From an uncultured delta proteobacterium (lineage in GTDB: Bacteria; Desulfobacterota; Syntrophia; Syntrophales; UBA2185): a DNA stretch of 64,000 nucleotides. Every line of letters starts with the position of its first letter. The first letter of the stretch is position 1. The stretch lies in assembly GCA_963695875.1 (NCBI GenBank), contig CAVOID010000008.1, positions 96,001-160,000 on the forward strand, given 5' to 3'. The notes below the pieces were generated by a model. It was not told where the DNA came from, ran no database searches, and worked only from the letters and a program-made list of their open reading frames with translations. The translations under genes and the position numbers were made by a program. Of the stretch, positions 21,586 to 32,777 are shown piece by piece.

Positions 21586-22461
21586 TCATTCTTGATAACC
21601 CGTTATGTATTCAGGTCCCAGCGTTCTTCTTATGATTCTTTTTGCATGGTAATCCGGCATTTCAAAATCAAGGACAATGTTCAGAAAATTCATTATGATA
21701 TAGAAAGTAGCCCCCCACAGGATCTCTTCATTGCCTTGATTATCATGAACGATAAGGCACGGAAATTCCCTAGGTACACCTCTATTCGTCTTCGACTGGT
21801 CCGAAGTCTCAACATTATAAAGTCCGTAATTTCTTTCATTGAAAAAAGTCTTCAGGGGAATTTCTACGATACTCTCTACCTCTGGATTGGGATGAAAGGG
21901 CCATTCCTTTCTCACAAAACAGACGAGGGGGAAAATTGTCCTTTTGAAGAGAAGCAGGGAATATGTGGGGAGGGGGCCTTGAAAAAGTATATTCCAGGGT
22001 CTAAGCCCAGTTTCTTCCCAAGCTTCCCTCATGGCATTAGTCAGAAAAAGGGTAATCATCCGGGAGGTATCAGTGTCCCTCATATGAACGTATTTAAGTG
22101 CTCTTCCCTGCAAAGCCGGGACTAGTCCGCTTGTAATAAAGAACCTCAGTAGAGGATCCAAATAATTATGCAACAAGCCGCCCGGACAACTGAGGTCACC
22201 GGGCTGAGTAACTCTCGAGGAGCGCTTGATAAGCTGGAAAAAAAATTCACCATCATTGTCCATTGGCGATTTATTATTGCTCCTGAAATGCAGAAGCAGC
22301 AAAACACCTGCAGCGAGATGAGATTCCTCAGGTTTGCTTGTAGATTGAACGAAACGCATTTTTTCCGTGAAATCAATTGGAAATTTGCCGAGTCTCTCTA
22401 CAATCGATGTGAGAAATCGTTCTTTATTCGACAGGCATCCAGTATCTATAGCGCTAATCAT
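21586..22461 (-). CDS. Nudix hydrolase, CoA pyrophosphatase-like, with a long insertion in the Nudix box
   Basis: IKRS, QPGDLSCPGG, REAWEETGL, EVESIVEIPL, ILWGAT. Confidence 0.8.
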   Translation of the reverse strand: MISAIDTGCLSNKERFLTSIVERLGKFPIDFTEKMRFVQSTSKPEESHLAAGVLLLLHFRSNNKSPMDNDGEFFFQLIKRSSRVTQPGDLSCPGGLLHNYLDPLLRFFITSGLVPALQGRALKYVHMRDTDTSRMITLFLTNAMREAWEETGLRPWNILFQGPLPTYSLLLFKRTIFPLVCFVRKEWPFHPNPEVESIVEIPLKTFFNERNYGLYNVETSDQSKTNRGVPREFPCLIVHDNQGNEEILWGATFYIIMNFLNIVLDFEMPDYHAKRIIRRTLGPEYITGYQE

Positions 22462-23435
22462 ATTTCTTCCATCTGACGGACAATTTTCTCAATTTCCCCT
22501 TCATACCAGCGTCTGAAAGGGAAAAAATCAATGAATCCGCAATGCCCTCCATATGGTTGAATAGAAAGTCGCAGATACGTGTTTCCTCTTAATCCATAGA
22601 TGTCATCAATGGGTATTATTGGGTCGTCTTTAGATGCAATGATTGTAACAGGTATGGAAAGATCGCCAAAAATATTATTCCGCAAAGTATATTGATTAAA
22701 GTATTCCCGATAATTGTGAAAATCCGGATAATAGGGCATGATGGCTTCTGTAAGGGCCATACATGTCTTAATTCTCATGATATCGGCAAAATCGTATTGT
22801 TCAGGAAAAAGGGCTTGTTTTTTTCTTAGAGAACTTTTCCACTTGTGGAGGAAGTAATATCGATAGATCGGGATACTTTCATCAATTGACAAAGTTGCTT
22901 TATAGGGGTCAAGAGCAGGACTTATTGAGATAATATGTTTAAGGCTCGGGATTCTCGTAAGGGTATGTTTCAGCGCTATGCGAAGTGCAAAATTTCCACC
23001 TAGAGAAAAGCCGATGACATAGTATGGCTTTCCTTTGGACAGATGTGAGATATTGCGAACGCCATGAAATGTCTCTTCTATGAGAGCTCCATGAAAAAGG
23101 CCTCCGTTCAGGTGATGAGAGTTGCCATGGTCTCTTAGATTAAGCCGGAATACATCATAACCTTTATTGTACAGATATTTTGCCGTAGACAGTATGTAAG
23201 TCGAATCTGCACTGCCTTCCCACCCATGGATCAGCGTGACGAGGCCAATACTGCTATTTGCGGGCTGTAAGGAGTGGTAGCCAAGAAGACGGACATCATT
23301 TCCGCCTTCGACGATCATGTCTCTCGTGAAGTTGACCATGGGATGTCGACTCCGGGATCGAATCTTTAAGCTGCCTAAAAGAGTCTGTATGTGGGGATTT
23401 CTAGCCCATGGTTTTGGGACGAATATTTCACTCAT
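22458..23435 (-). CDS. YheT-like alpha/beta hydrolase
   Basis: NPHIQT, HGWEGS, GFSLGG, DDPII, GGHCGF. Confidence 0.9.
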   Translation of the reverse strand: MSEIFVPKPWARNPHIQTLLGSLKIRSRSRHPMVNFTRDMIVEGGNDVRLLGYHSLQPANSSIGLVTLIHGWEGSADSTYILSTAKYLYNKGYDVFRLNLRDHGNSHHLNGGLFHGALIEETFHGVRNISHLSKGKPYYVIGFSLGGNFALRIALKHTLTRIPSLKHIISISPALDPYKATLSIDESIPIYRYYFLHKWKSSLRKKQALFPEQYDFADIMRIKTCMALTEAIMPYYPDFHNYREYFNQYTLRNNIFGDLSIPVTIIASKDDPIIPIDDIYGLRGNTYLRLSIQPYGGHCGFIDFFPFRRWYEGEIEKIVRQMEEI

Positions 23436-23517
23436 GAGGAAATTACCAATTACCCCTATATACCGTTAACATTAAGTTCTTGGTCCGCCTTGTTTCGATT
23501 TAAGTGTGGATGTACAA

Positions 23518-23541
23518 AAGCCCGGCTTGGTGCCAGGCTTT
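23518..23541 (-). terminator. Intrinsic terminator after tRNA-Met
   Basis: aaagcccggc...gccaggcttt hairpin with T-run on the minus strand. Confidence 0.55.
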
Positions 23542-23553
23542 GAATAATCACAA

Positions 23554-23630
23554 TGGTGGCGGTGCAGGGAATCGAACCCCGGACACTACGGATATGAGCC
23601 GTATGCTCTAACCGTCTGAGCTACACCGCC
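23554..23630 (-). tRNA. tRNA-Met (CAT), elongator type
   Basis: GGCGGTGTAGCTCAG start, tacgg-ct-CAT-at-ccgta anticodon arm, GTTCGATTC, CCA; paired position 1 and no GGG/CCC initiator stem. Confidence 0.92.
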
Positions 23631-23762
23631 ATGATGTAATTAAAATTAATGCTTTGAAGTACTTAATGTGCCCATGTTAGAAATTTGATTTAGTACATTC
23701 ATCTTTATAAAAAGCAAAGAGAATTAGAAATTAATATAAAAAACTAACATGAATGTCAATCC

Positions 23763-25460
23763 CTATTGAGTCTTATCTTGCGTACTCATTTTATAAGAGA
23801 CAATGACGCTTTTATCTGAAACAGATGCACCAGTAGACAGAACAAGGGCGAGCACTACCTCGTTTTGTCCGTCATTGTCTATGTCTTTAAACTGGTAGTC
23901 CGCCACGTAGCCGTTGATCTTTCTCGTTTTCCAGTTTTCAACAAGGCCTAGACCATCCCATTCCAGATCGTAGACCTCGCTTGATGTAAAGAGCCGGATA
24001 TTCTTGAATAGTCTTCCCGAGGAAGATATATTTTTAACGATGATAATTTCTCTCTTGCCATCCTTATTGGCATCGAGTGTCAAAATTCTTAAATTAATAA
24101 AAGTAAATTTATTTTCATCATCCCGCAGAAGATCATCATTTACTATAACGGTGTTGCTTCCCCCATACACTTCATCACTCTTCCAGAGACGTTCATTACT
24201 CCCCCCGAAGGCCTGGAGTCTGACGAGAGGTTTGTCCGTCTGTTCGAATATACTAAGATAATCATTTTCATCAAGTGCTATTATCTTTTCACCACCGGCG
24301 CTTCCCAAACTATCTATGGTGAGGCCATAGACGGAGAGTCCAACGGGGATCTTCATCTTCTTTCCCTCTTTGTATTGCCCGTCTTCCCAAACTATCTCGT
24401 AGATAGGGGTATTAAAGACTTTATCCATTCCCCGGCGCTGCCCTATCAGGAGCGGTCCCGATTCAGTGTTAATCACCCTCAAATACCAGGGCAGCTTTGA
24501 GGCAACCTTGATAAACTTTCCGTCTCTAAATTCAAGGACGAAGGAATCAACAGTATTCCGCGACATACTTGTAACGATAATCTCTTTGATACCGTTCTTA
24601 TTGATATCAGCCACATCCACGGCAATATAATTTTCTGAAGATCTATCCGGTATTTTCTGGATCAGACTAAAATCATTATCTTTTTTTTGATATATCATGA
24701 CATTATGAGTATCAATAATAACAACCTTATTTAAACCGTCACCGGTGACATCTCCAATATCCATACCTCTGAATTCTGTCGAAAATTTTGAACTCATCCA
24801 GAAGCCTTTTCTATCAAGGGGCCTGGAGGCATTTATGAAGTCAGGATTGATTACAGAGGTAATTGTTCCTCTTTTACTCTTCTTAAGTCCTCCGACAATT
24901 TCAGTTTCACGGGCATCCTGGGGGGACTGAGGTTGTGACGCTGAGATTTGTGAGGGTACGGGTACTGAGGAGAAGGTCGATGGTACCATGCCGAGAATAT
25001 GATTATCGATGTTACGAGCAAAGTCGTTGATCTTTAGTATAACTTCATCCATGCCCTGACTTTGAGTAAAAATAGTTACTGTTGATTTATAAGCTGCAAT
25101 GTCGATAAGCTTACCATCTATGCTCAAACTGTTACCGAATTTTGTGATGCTTCCGTAAACAACAAAATCAGCATTCATTTTTTTCCCAAGACCGTAAATG
25201 TCTGCGAGGGTAAGATCTTTTCCCTCCTTTTCCTTCATAGCCTGAAGGACGGTATCCTTGCTGATAACCTCAATCTTCTCATTGACAGTAATACGAGAAG
25301 CCAACATGTCCCATATACCTTGTCTCACATAGTCGATGTTCTCCGCACTATGAACAGCAAAGGGAAGGACAGCCACGGTTTTTTCCCCCTTCGCCTCAAG
25401 TGAGCCTGATACTGTTAATATAAGGAGTAAACATATTGTCAGTTTCATAACGGTTTTCAT
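23763..25460 (-). CDS. Secreted FG-GAP/VCBS repeat protein with an N-terminal TolB_N/CsgG-like domain
   Basis: Signal peptide; VAVLPF...ADFVVYGSIT; repeats GDVTGDG, ADINKNG, DANKDG, DIDNDG. Confidence 0.8.
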   Translation of the reverse strand: MKTVMKLTICLLLILTVSGSLEAKGEKTVAVLPFAVHSAENIDYVRQGIWDMLASRITVNEKIEVISKDTVLQAMKEKEGKDLTLADIYGLGKKMNADFVVYGSITKFGNSLSIDGKLIDIAAYKSTVTIFTQSQGMDEVILKINDFARNIDNHILGMVPSTFSSVPVPSQISASQPQSPQDARETEIVGGLKKSKRGTITSVINPDFINASRPLDRKGFWMSSKFSTEFRGMDIGDVTGDGLNKVVIIDTHNVMIYQKKDNDFSLIQKIPDRSSENYIAVDVADINKNGIKEIIVTSMSRNTVDSFVLEFRDGKFIKVASKLPWYLRVINTESGPLLIGQRRGMDKVFNTPIYEIVWEDGQYKEGKKMKIPVGLSVYGLTIDSLGSAGGEKIIALDENDYLSIFEQTDKPLVRLQAFGGSNERLWKSDEVYGGSNTVIVNDDLLRDDENKFTFINLRILTLDANKDGKREIIIVKNISSSGRLFKNIRLFTSSEVYDLEWDGLGLVENWKTRKINGYVADYQFKDIDNDGQNEVVLALVLSTGASVSDKSVIVSYKMSTQDKTQ

Positions 25461-25653
25461 AATTTAATCTCCCGATTGGCAGGGACAGTATTCAAGAACC
25501 CGCCCCAAACATGTTATTTACGAAAAGCCTGCATTTAGACCGAGGACTTCATTGGTGTTGCGTCCTTTAACATTTAACATTAATTAATTCAACCTCGTTT
25601 CTTTTAATGGGATAATAATAAATGCCTAAAGTTGCCTCAGGAGCAGTTTTGGA

Positions 25654-27558
25654 TCAAATATTTTGTTGTGCAGATAAATCTGATTGTGTCTCAAGGCGTT
25701 CAGATAAAGGAAGTGTAAGATGATACACTCCATATTCCACAACTGCCTGAATCGGGTAGCGGGATTTTTCATAAACTTTAAGCATACCCTTGTTATCAGC
25801 AAGGACATCGGCTGTAAAACCTTTAATTCCTTGTTCTCGTGCAAAAGTAATAAGCGTGTTGAGGATAAAAGTTGCGATGCCCGTTCCCTGATATTTTTCA
25901 TCAACTACGAAGGCGGTGTCAGCAAAGGGGCGGTCCTTCATGAGAACATAACGCCCCTCGGCAATAATGCGCTCAATCCCTCCTTCCTCAATAAGTCCCA
26001 CAATCGACATGCTACATCTGTAATCTACATTCACGTACTCCTGCATTTTGGCATGGGGCATGACCTTTATTGGAGTAAAATAGCGGTAAAATACCGCTTT
26101 ATCGGAGAATCTGTAAAATAACTTTCGCATCTCCTCTTCATCAGACGGCTTAATTGCCCGGAAATAGACAGTAAGTCCGTCCTTGAATGTGTGGGTGCAA
26201 GCAATCTTGTCCGGATATAAGCGTCCCGATTCTTCCAAATATATCTGATCGAAGTACAGTATATTTGCCACTTTTGCTTTTCGGACAAGTTCAGCCCGGT
26301 CGTCAGGATGAGCGACTTCGATCAGTGCCTGGGCCCGTTCACGGACTGTTCTACCCATCATGAAGGCAATACCATATTCGGTGATTATCATATCTAATGA
26401 TTCACGATTTGTGAACTGATTGGGGAAATCATCTACAGAGAGCAGTATATTAGACTCTCCCTGAAGATTTCTGCTTGGCAGGGCGAATATTGTCCTTCCG
26501 CCATGCGAGTGTTCAACTCCAGCAAAGAATTCCTGGGTCTGGCCCGGTCCCGGTGTTACATTACCTTTACCGGTGGGGAGAGCAATACCTCCCGTGATGT
26601 CAACTTTCCGGGCAGGCATAATGGCTATCATCTTATCGTTCATGCTAATCCTCATATGGTCAGAAACAACATCGATCCCCTGAAACTCAATGAGCGGATT
26701 TCGATGCAGCCATTTCATAAGTTCTTCCGTTCCCTGAGCATAGGCAGTCAGAGATTTGTCCTGGAAATGTCCCTTCTTTCTGTTGGTGACAGCACCGCAT
26801 TTAACCAGGTCCATTAGGGGATCGGTGAAAAAAATGGTGTGAACGCCAAGGTTGCGTTTATGGACAAGGTGCTTTCCCAGTGCTTCAAACAATGCGCCGG
26901 AATAAAATGAGATACAGCTACCGTCTTCTACAACGGAAGCTACATTTCCAGCTACCTTGTCAGTAACATCATCATAAGGCCATCGTGGGAAATAAATGAG
27001 CGGTTCTGTTGCGTTAACCATAAAATCGAAATCATTAACGTGAACGAATGTGTTACCCAAAGTGCAAGGGACCTTATCGTTAATTTCACCAACAACGATG
27101 GATGCACAATTCATTACATGTTTTGCTACGTCCACTGAGACACCCAGGCTGGAATAGCCTCTAACATCAGGTGGCGTGATCTGAATGAAAGCGACATCGA
27201 CATGGATTGCCCCAGATTCGAAAAGTTTCGGGATTTGTGAAAAACGGCATGGTATCATATCAACGGACCCTGCCATTATCGCTTTGCTAGCTGTCCATCC
27301 TGCAAAAAATGTTTTTAACCTGTATTTCTTGGCTGTTGCTGTACTGCTGAATGCTAGCGCATTCCCGAGGCTTACTATCTGAATCAGTTCCAGATCTGTA
27401 AGGTTTGAAAGAGCAGACGATGTCAGATGCTTCACAAGTGTCCTCGGTTCTGCTACTCCTGTACCGAGGAAGATACTCATCCCCGGCTTGATCTTCCTCA
27501 ACACTTCATCAGGTAAGATTATCTTTTCATCCCATTTCAAAGTATAATCATCGATCAT
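25654..27558 (-). CDS. Acetyl-CoA hydrolase/CoA-transferase-like plus GNAT fusion (paralog 2)
   Basis: IFLGTGVAEP, SLGVSVD, IEVAHPDDR; GNAT ADTAFVVDEKYQGTGIA; intact ORF. Confidence 0.88.
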   Translation of the reverse strand: MIDDYTLKWDEKIILPDEVLRKIKPGMSIFLGTGVAEPRTLVKHLTSSALSNLTDLELIQIVSLGNALAFSSTATAKKYRLKTFFAGWTASKAIMAGSVDMIPCRFSQIPKLFESGAIHVDVAFIQITPPDVRGYSSLGVSVDVAKHVMNCASIVVGEINDKVPCTLGNTFVHVNDFDFMVNATEPLIYFPRWPYDDVTDKVAGNVASVVEDGSCISFYSGALFEALGKHLVHKRNLGVHTIFFTDPLMDLVKCGAVTNRKKGHFQDKSLTAYAQGTEELMKWLHRNPLIEFQGIDVVSDHMRISMNDKMIAIMPARKVDITGGIALPTGKGNVTPGPGQTQEFFAGVEHSHGGRTIFALPSRNLQGESNILLSVDDFPNQFTNRESLDMIITEYGIAFMMGRTVRERAQALIEVAHPDDRAELVRKAKVANILYFDQIYLEESGRLYPDKIACTHTFKDGLTVYFRAIKPSDEEEMRKLFYRFSDKAVFYRYFTPIKVMPHAKMQEYVNVDYRCSMSIVGLIEEGGIERIIAEGRYVLMKDRPFADTAFVVDEKYQGTGIATFILNTLITFAREQGIKGFTADVLADNKGMLKVYEKSRYPIQAVVEYGVYHLTLPLSERLETQSDLSAQQNI

Positions 27559-27704
27559 ATATATATTTTTTTCTCCTTTTCACTGGTCATACGAATGCTT
27601 TGCTCAAGAAACGGCTGAAAATTTGCTGTATCATTGCTCAAGTGCAAATTATCTAGTTAAGAAATACAAAATCGTGAGTTATATGCCAATCGTGGCTATT
27701 TTAA

Positions 27705-28289
27705 TCATAATTTAAATTTTCCTTCTATGACAATTTCCGAGAGAGTCTTTCTTGGCGAAGGGAATTCTCTTTCTCGAAGGTTGTCTGGAAGATCAGCTTT
27801 TTCACCTGGCATACCGACAGCGATCATCGCCTCCACCTGAAAGAGATCAGGGATATTAAGGACATTCTTTGCTTTGTCATAGTCAAAACCCTGCATACCA
27901 TGGACCACCAATCCTTTCAAAGAACCTTGAAGGGCAAGATTCTCCCAGGCTGCACCGGTGTCGTATGAATGAGTCCGCGCAGGTTTTTCATTATAGTCAA
28001 ACGTCCTTTTAGATATAACAACAATCAATACGGCGGCATTCCTCGCCCAGACTTTATTTTGTTCTGTCATGAGATCGAAAAATACAGGCCAGTAATCTGT
28101 ATTTCTGCGGGCATAAAGAAATCGCCAGGGCTGGTTGTTACCTGATGACGGAGCCCATCGGGCTGCTTCGAAGAGTGAATATAAGACCTCTTCGCTGATC
28201 TCATCATCAGACATGCTTCTCGGTGACCACCGGTCTAAGAATAAGTGATCCACCATGTATTCCGGTTTTCTAAATTTATAAATACTCAT
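27705..28289 (-). CDS. Nitroreductase family protein
   Basis: RWSPRS, EAARWAPSSGNNQPWRF; AGGAGAG SD before ATG 28289. Confidence 0.92.
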   Translation of the reverse strand: MSIYKFRKPEYMVDHLFLDRWSPRSMSDDEISEEVLYSLFEAARWAPSSGNNQPWRFLYARRNTDYWPVFFDLMTEQNKVWARNAAVLIVVISKRTFDYNEKPARTHSYDTGAAWENLALQGSLKGLVVHGMQGFDYDKAKNVLNIPDLFQVEAMIAVGMPGEKADLPDNLREREFPSPRKTLSEIVIEGKFKL

Positions 28290-28552
28290 TTTACTCTCCT
28301 TGTAGAAATTAAAAATAAATTCAATATCCAGAAGAATTATAGTTGAGTTCCCTGATAAAGTGGCACATACAGTGGACATGTTCCTAAACCGTACCATAAT
28401 CTTGGTAGTTAGGTTTTTAAGAATTTATTATACGGTATATATTATAATATAAACAGCTTTTTTGATTTCTTTTTCTATTGTTTTGTTTTATATTTCCGGT
28501 GGATTGATGATTGATTCAATAAGTATAATGCCGATATTATAGGAGGGGAAGA

Positions 28553-29845
28553 TTGATTCCGAGATACTCAAGAGAAAAGATGAGTGCCATATGGAGCCCT
28601 GAAAACAGATATCAGAAATGGCTTGATATTGAGATCTTAGCATGTGAAGCCATGACAAAAAAGGGTGAAATTACTGAAAAATCTCTAAAAAATATCAAAA
28701 AAAAGGCTGCATTCGATGTAGTAAGAATTGAAGAGCTAGAAAAGATCACAAAACATGATGTTATCGCTTTTTTGACTTCCGTGACGGAGAAGGTAGGTGA
28801 GGATGGTAGATTTATTCACATGGGTCTTACCTCATCGGATATTCTGGACACATCACTCGCTGTTCTTCTCAAAGAAGCGTCGGATATTCTAATAGATGAT
28901 TTGAATCAGCTTCTCTCAGTCCTGAAGAATAAGGCATTAAGGTATAGGGATACCTTGATGATAGGGAGGTCCCATGGGATTCACGCTGAACCCATAACAT
29001 TCGGTTTGAAGATGGCCCTGTGGTACCAGGAAATGGAGAGAAATCTTACACGAATGCTCCGTGCGAAAGAAACGATTAGCTGCGGGAAGATTTCTGGGGC
29101 TGTTGGCACATTCTCCTTCATCGATCCATCCATTGAAGAATATGTTTGTCGCAAGTTGGGTCTTAAACCGGCACCTGTATCTTCCCAGATTATCCAGAGG
29201 GACCGGCATGCGGAATTTTTTACTACCCTGGCCATTATTGCGTCTTCCATTGACAAATTTTCCCAGGAGATCAGGTTGCTTCAGAGAACAGAGGTCAGGG
29301 AGGCAGAAGAATACTTCACACTCGGACAGAAAGGATCATCTGCCATGCCCCACAAACGAAATCCCGTTTTGTCAGAAAATCTATCCGGCCTTGCGCGATT
29401 GATGAGGTCATATGCCCTGGCTGCTCTGGAAGACATAGCCCTCTGGCATGAGCGGGATATCAGCCACTCATCCGTGGAAAGAGTAATTGCCCCCGATGCG
29501 ACAATCCTCCTTGATTTCATGTTGTGCAGATTTACTGACCTGGCAGATAAACTTATAGTATATCCGGACAGGATGCTTGCCAATCTTGATATGACGAAAG
29601 GGGCAATCTTTTCCCAGATGGTGCTGTTGAAACTTATAGAAAAAGGAATGTCCAGGGAAAATGCGTATATCGTCGTTCAGAGAAATGCAATGAAATCATG
29701 GCAGGAGGATATCGATTTTAAAAAATTGCTTTTGGAAGACAGTGAGGTGATGGCCTGCCTGAACCAAAATGACATTGATGCCATATTCAGAATCGAGAAT
29801 TTCCTGAAGCATACAGACTTTATTTTTAAAAGGGTTTTTGGTTAA
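28553..29845 (+). CDS. purB: Adenylosuccinate lyase
   Basis: HDVIAF, HMGLTSSD, GSSAMPHKRNP. Confidence 0.97.
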   Translation: MIPRYSREKMSAIWSPENRYQKWLDIEILACEAMTKKGEITEKSLKNIKKKAAFDVVRIEELEKITKHDVIAFLTSVTEKVGEDGRFIHMGLTSSDILDTSLAVLLKEASDILIDDLNQLLSVLKNKALRYRDTLMIGRSHGIHAEPITFGLKMALWYQEMERNLTRMLRAKETISCGKISGAVGTFSFIDPSIEEYVCRKLGLKPAPVSSQIIQRDRHAEFFTTLAIIASSIDKFSQEIRLLQRTEVREAEEYFTLGQKGSSAMPHKRNPVLSENLSGLARLMRSYALAALEDIALWHERDISHSSVERVIAPDATILLDFMLCRFTDLADKLIVYPDRMLANLDMTKGAIFSQMVLLKLIEKGMSRENAYIVVQRNAMKSWQEDIDFKKLLLEDSEVMACLNQNDIDAIFRIENFLKHTDFIFKRVFG

Positions 29846-30017
29846 TTCAATGTTACTGGGACTTTTTCAAGGTGAAGACGCAGAAAAGGACTTTTTTGAA
29901 TTAACCATGTGCGAGTGAAACGCGCCGATGGGTCTTTGGTTTAATTTCCCAGGCGTGCTGCGGAACCTGGGTTCAGATCTTGCCCTAGGTTCTTGCTATT
30001 GATTTCTGTTCGAATCA

Positions 30018-31653
30018 TCAACAGGATGTTTCCATACTGAGCGGTAGGTCTCTGGAAATGACCGTATCTTTCAACCAGATCCGGTCGTCTTTTTCCGGAT
30101 AATCGATGTTATAGTGAAGCCCCCTGCTTTCTTTTCTCATTAAGGCGCATTGAATAATCAGTTTTGCCACAGTTGCGATATTCCTCAGTTCAATTAGATC
30201 CCTCGTGATAATAAAATTTCTGTAGTATTCATCGATCTCGCGGCCGATCAGGTCGATCCTACGATATGCACGTTCCAACCTTTTATTTGACCTTACAATA
30301 CCCACATAGTTCCACATAAATCTTCTTATTTCGTCCCAGTTATGGGCTACGACGATGGATTCGTCACTTTCTGTGGCCCCTCTTGGGTCCCATGCGGGGA
30401 TAGTGAGAGGTTCATCTTGTGTTAAATGAAAAATCTCTGATATCTTCACGAAAGACCGGTGGGCAAATACTATGGCTTCTAAAAGCGAGTTGCTCGCGAG
30501 GCGGTTGGCGCCATGGAGTCCCGTACAGGATACCTCACCGCAGGCGTAGAGGTTTTCAATGTCTGTTTCACCGAAATGATCTACTGATACACCTCCACAC
30601 TGGTAATGAGCGGCGGGAACAACGGGAATCGCGTCTTTCGTGATATCTATGCCGAACTCCAAACACCTCCTGTAAATGTTGGGAAATCTATTGACAAGAA
30701 AGTCTCTGTCTTTATGAGTAATGTCCAGCAGAACATATTCATCACCGGATTTTTTCAGTTCCGTGTCAATAGCCTTCGCGACGATGTCCCTCGGCGCAAG
30801 GCTTTTCATCGGATGATATTTTCCCATGAACGTGGACCCATTTTTTAATTTCAGTATTCCTCCTTCTCCTCGGACGGCTTCACTGATGAGATATGATTTT
30901 GCTTCTGGATGGTAGAGGCAGGTTGGATGAAACTGGATAAATTCCATGTTGGCGATGAGAGCTCCTGCCCTGTATGCCATGGCGATACCGTCGCCAGTTG
31001 CAATGTCTGGATTCGTTGTAATAAGATATACCTTTCCGGTGCCGCCGGTAGCCAGGACAGTGAATTTTGACCTGAAAGTATGAATTTCATTGCGTTCGGT
31101 ATCAAGTATATACGCACCGATACATTTATCACCCAAGCCATTTTTTCGACGAATGATTGCAGATTCCATTATGAGATCAATGCCGATGTGGTTTTCATAA
31201 ATCTTGATATTTCTTTTTAGACTTGCTTTTTCGTGGAGGGCACGTTCTATTTCTTGACCAGTGAGGTCTCGCGAATGCAGCACGCGCCTCATGGAGTGCC
31301 CGCCTTCTCGACCGAGGTCGTAGGTGCTGGTATTGGCATTTTTCGCCTTTGTAAATTCAACCCCCCACTGCATTAGTTCCTTGATTCTTTCCGGTCCGTC
31401 CGTTATAACGAATCTTACGACTTCTTCTTTACATAGGCCGACACCGCAAACAAGGGTATCATTGATATGAAATTCAAATCGGTCATTTTTATCAAAAACA
31501 GCTGCTATACCGCCTTGAGCAAGGTTTGTGTTTGAATCGGACTTCTCTTTTTTTGTTACGATGGCCACAGATCCAAGATCTGCCGCCTTGATAGCAAAGC
31601 TTAATCCCGCTATGCCGCTTCCTATTACCAAGAAAGTCAGTTGTATATTCCAT
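30018..31653 (-). CDS. nadB: L-aspartate oxidase (indel just after the start)
   Basis: GSGIAG, AQGGIA, EGGHS, QFHPT, GLHGANRLASNSL; ATG GAA TAT ACA ACT GAC at 31653 in a shifted frame. Confidence 0.95.
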
Positions 31654-31768
31654 GACGGCTTTCCTGCGAACTTTTCTGAGATCATCAAAATTTGTTTACA
31701 AAGATTAACAGCTTCTATATATAATTCTGCGTTAATTGTAAAAAGGAAAATATAACGAGAGCAGGAAG

Positions 31769-32774
31769 ATGTTGATTTTAGGAATTGAGACCTCCTGTGA
31801 TGAAACAGCAGCGGCTGTTGTGCAGGATGGGAAGTTGATTCGTTCTAATATTATTGCGTCCCAGGTCGATCTGCATAGTATTTATGGTGGCGTTGTACCG
31901 GAATTAGCATCACGTAAACATATGGAAATGATCATACCGGTCATATGTCAGGCACTTAATGATGCTAAAGTGACTTTAAACGATATCGAAGGGATAGCGG
32001 TAACCAGGGGGCCGGGATTGGTCGGTGCTCTCCTCGTGGGTTTGTCGGTCGCCAAGGCCATAGCCTTCTCTTCAAATATACCATTTGTAGGTATTAATCA
32101 CCTTGCGGGCCATATCGCATCCATCTTCCTTAGTGAAGATACTCCCAAGTTTCCCTTCGTTGCACTTGTAGTGTCTGGCGGCCATACGCACATATACCTT
32201 GTGAACGATTTTCAAAAGTTTACTATTCTGGGTCAGACGAGGGACGATGCCGCAGGTGAGGCTTTTGACAAAGGCGGCCAAACTTCTGAGTATCGGATAT
32301 CCGGGAGGCGCAGTGATTGATCAAATGGCAAAAAAAGGAAATCGTGAATGGATAAAATTCCCCAGGGCCATGAAAGATAGTCTGGATTTCAGTTTTAGTG
32401 GTCTGAAAACATCGCTTTTGGTTTACATTAAGAAAAGAGGGTGTCCGTTTACTGAGGATGAACTGCCGGATGTGGCAGCAAGCTACCAGGAAGCAATCAT
32501 CGATGTCCTAGTAGATAAAACAATCATGGCTGCTTGCCTGAATTTTGCACCAAAGATTCTTGTATGCGGCGGCGTGGCGTCAAACAGCCGTTTGCGGCAG
32601 AGGTTTACCGATGAATCTAAAATAAGAGGCTTTGATTTATACATTCCTCCCCCGGTTTTTTGCACAGACAATGCGGCTATGATAGCTGTCGTTGGTGAAC
32701 ATCTCTTGACGAGAGGGCTTAAAGACTCTTTGGATATGAACGCGGTTTCCAGATGGCCGTTAGATTCTCTTTGA
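31769..32774 (+). CDS. tsaD: tRNA threonylcarbamoyltransferase complex subunit, split by one indel
   Basis: [47 protein letters not shown]. Confidence 0.95.
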
Positions 32775-32777
32775 TGT

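Noticed and set aside
25520..25570. c-di-GMP-I-like fragments ggacgcaa...ggtctaaa on the minus strand
   Set aside because: Spacing is wrong and the upstream P2 arm is missing
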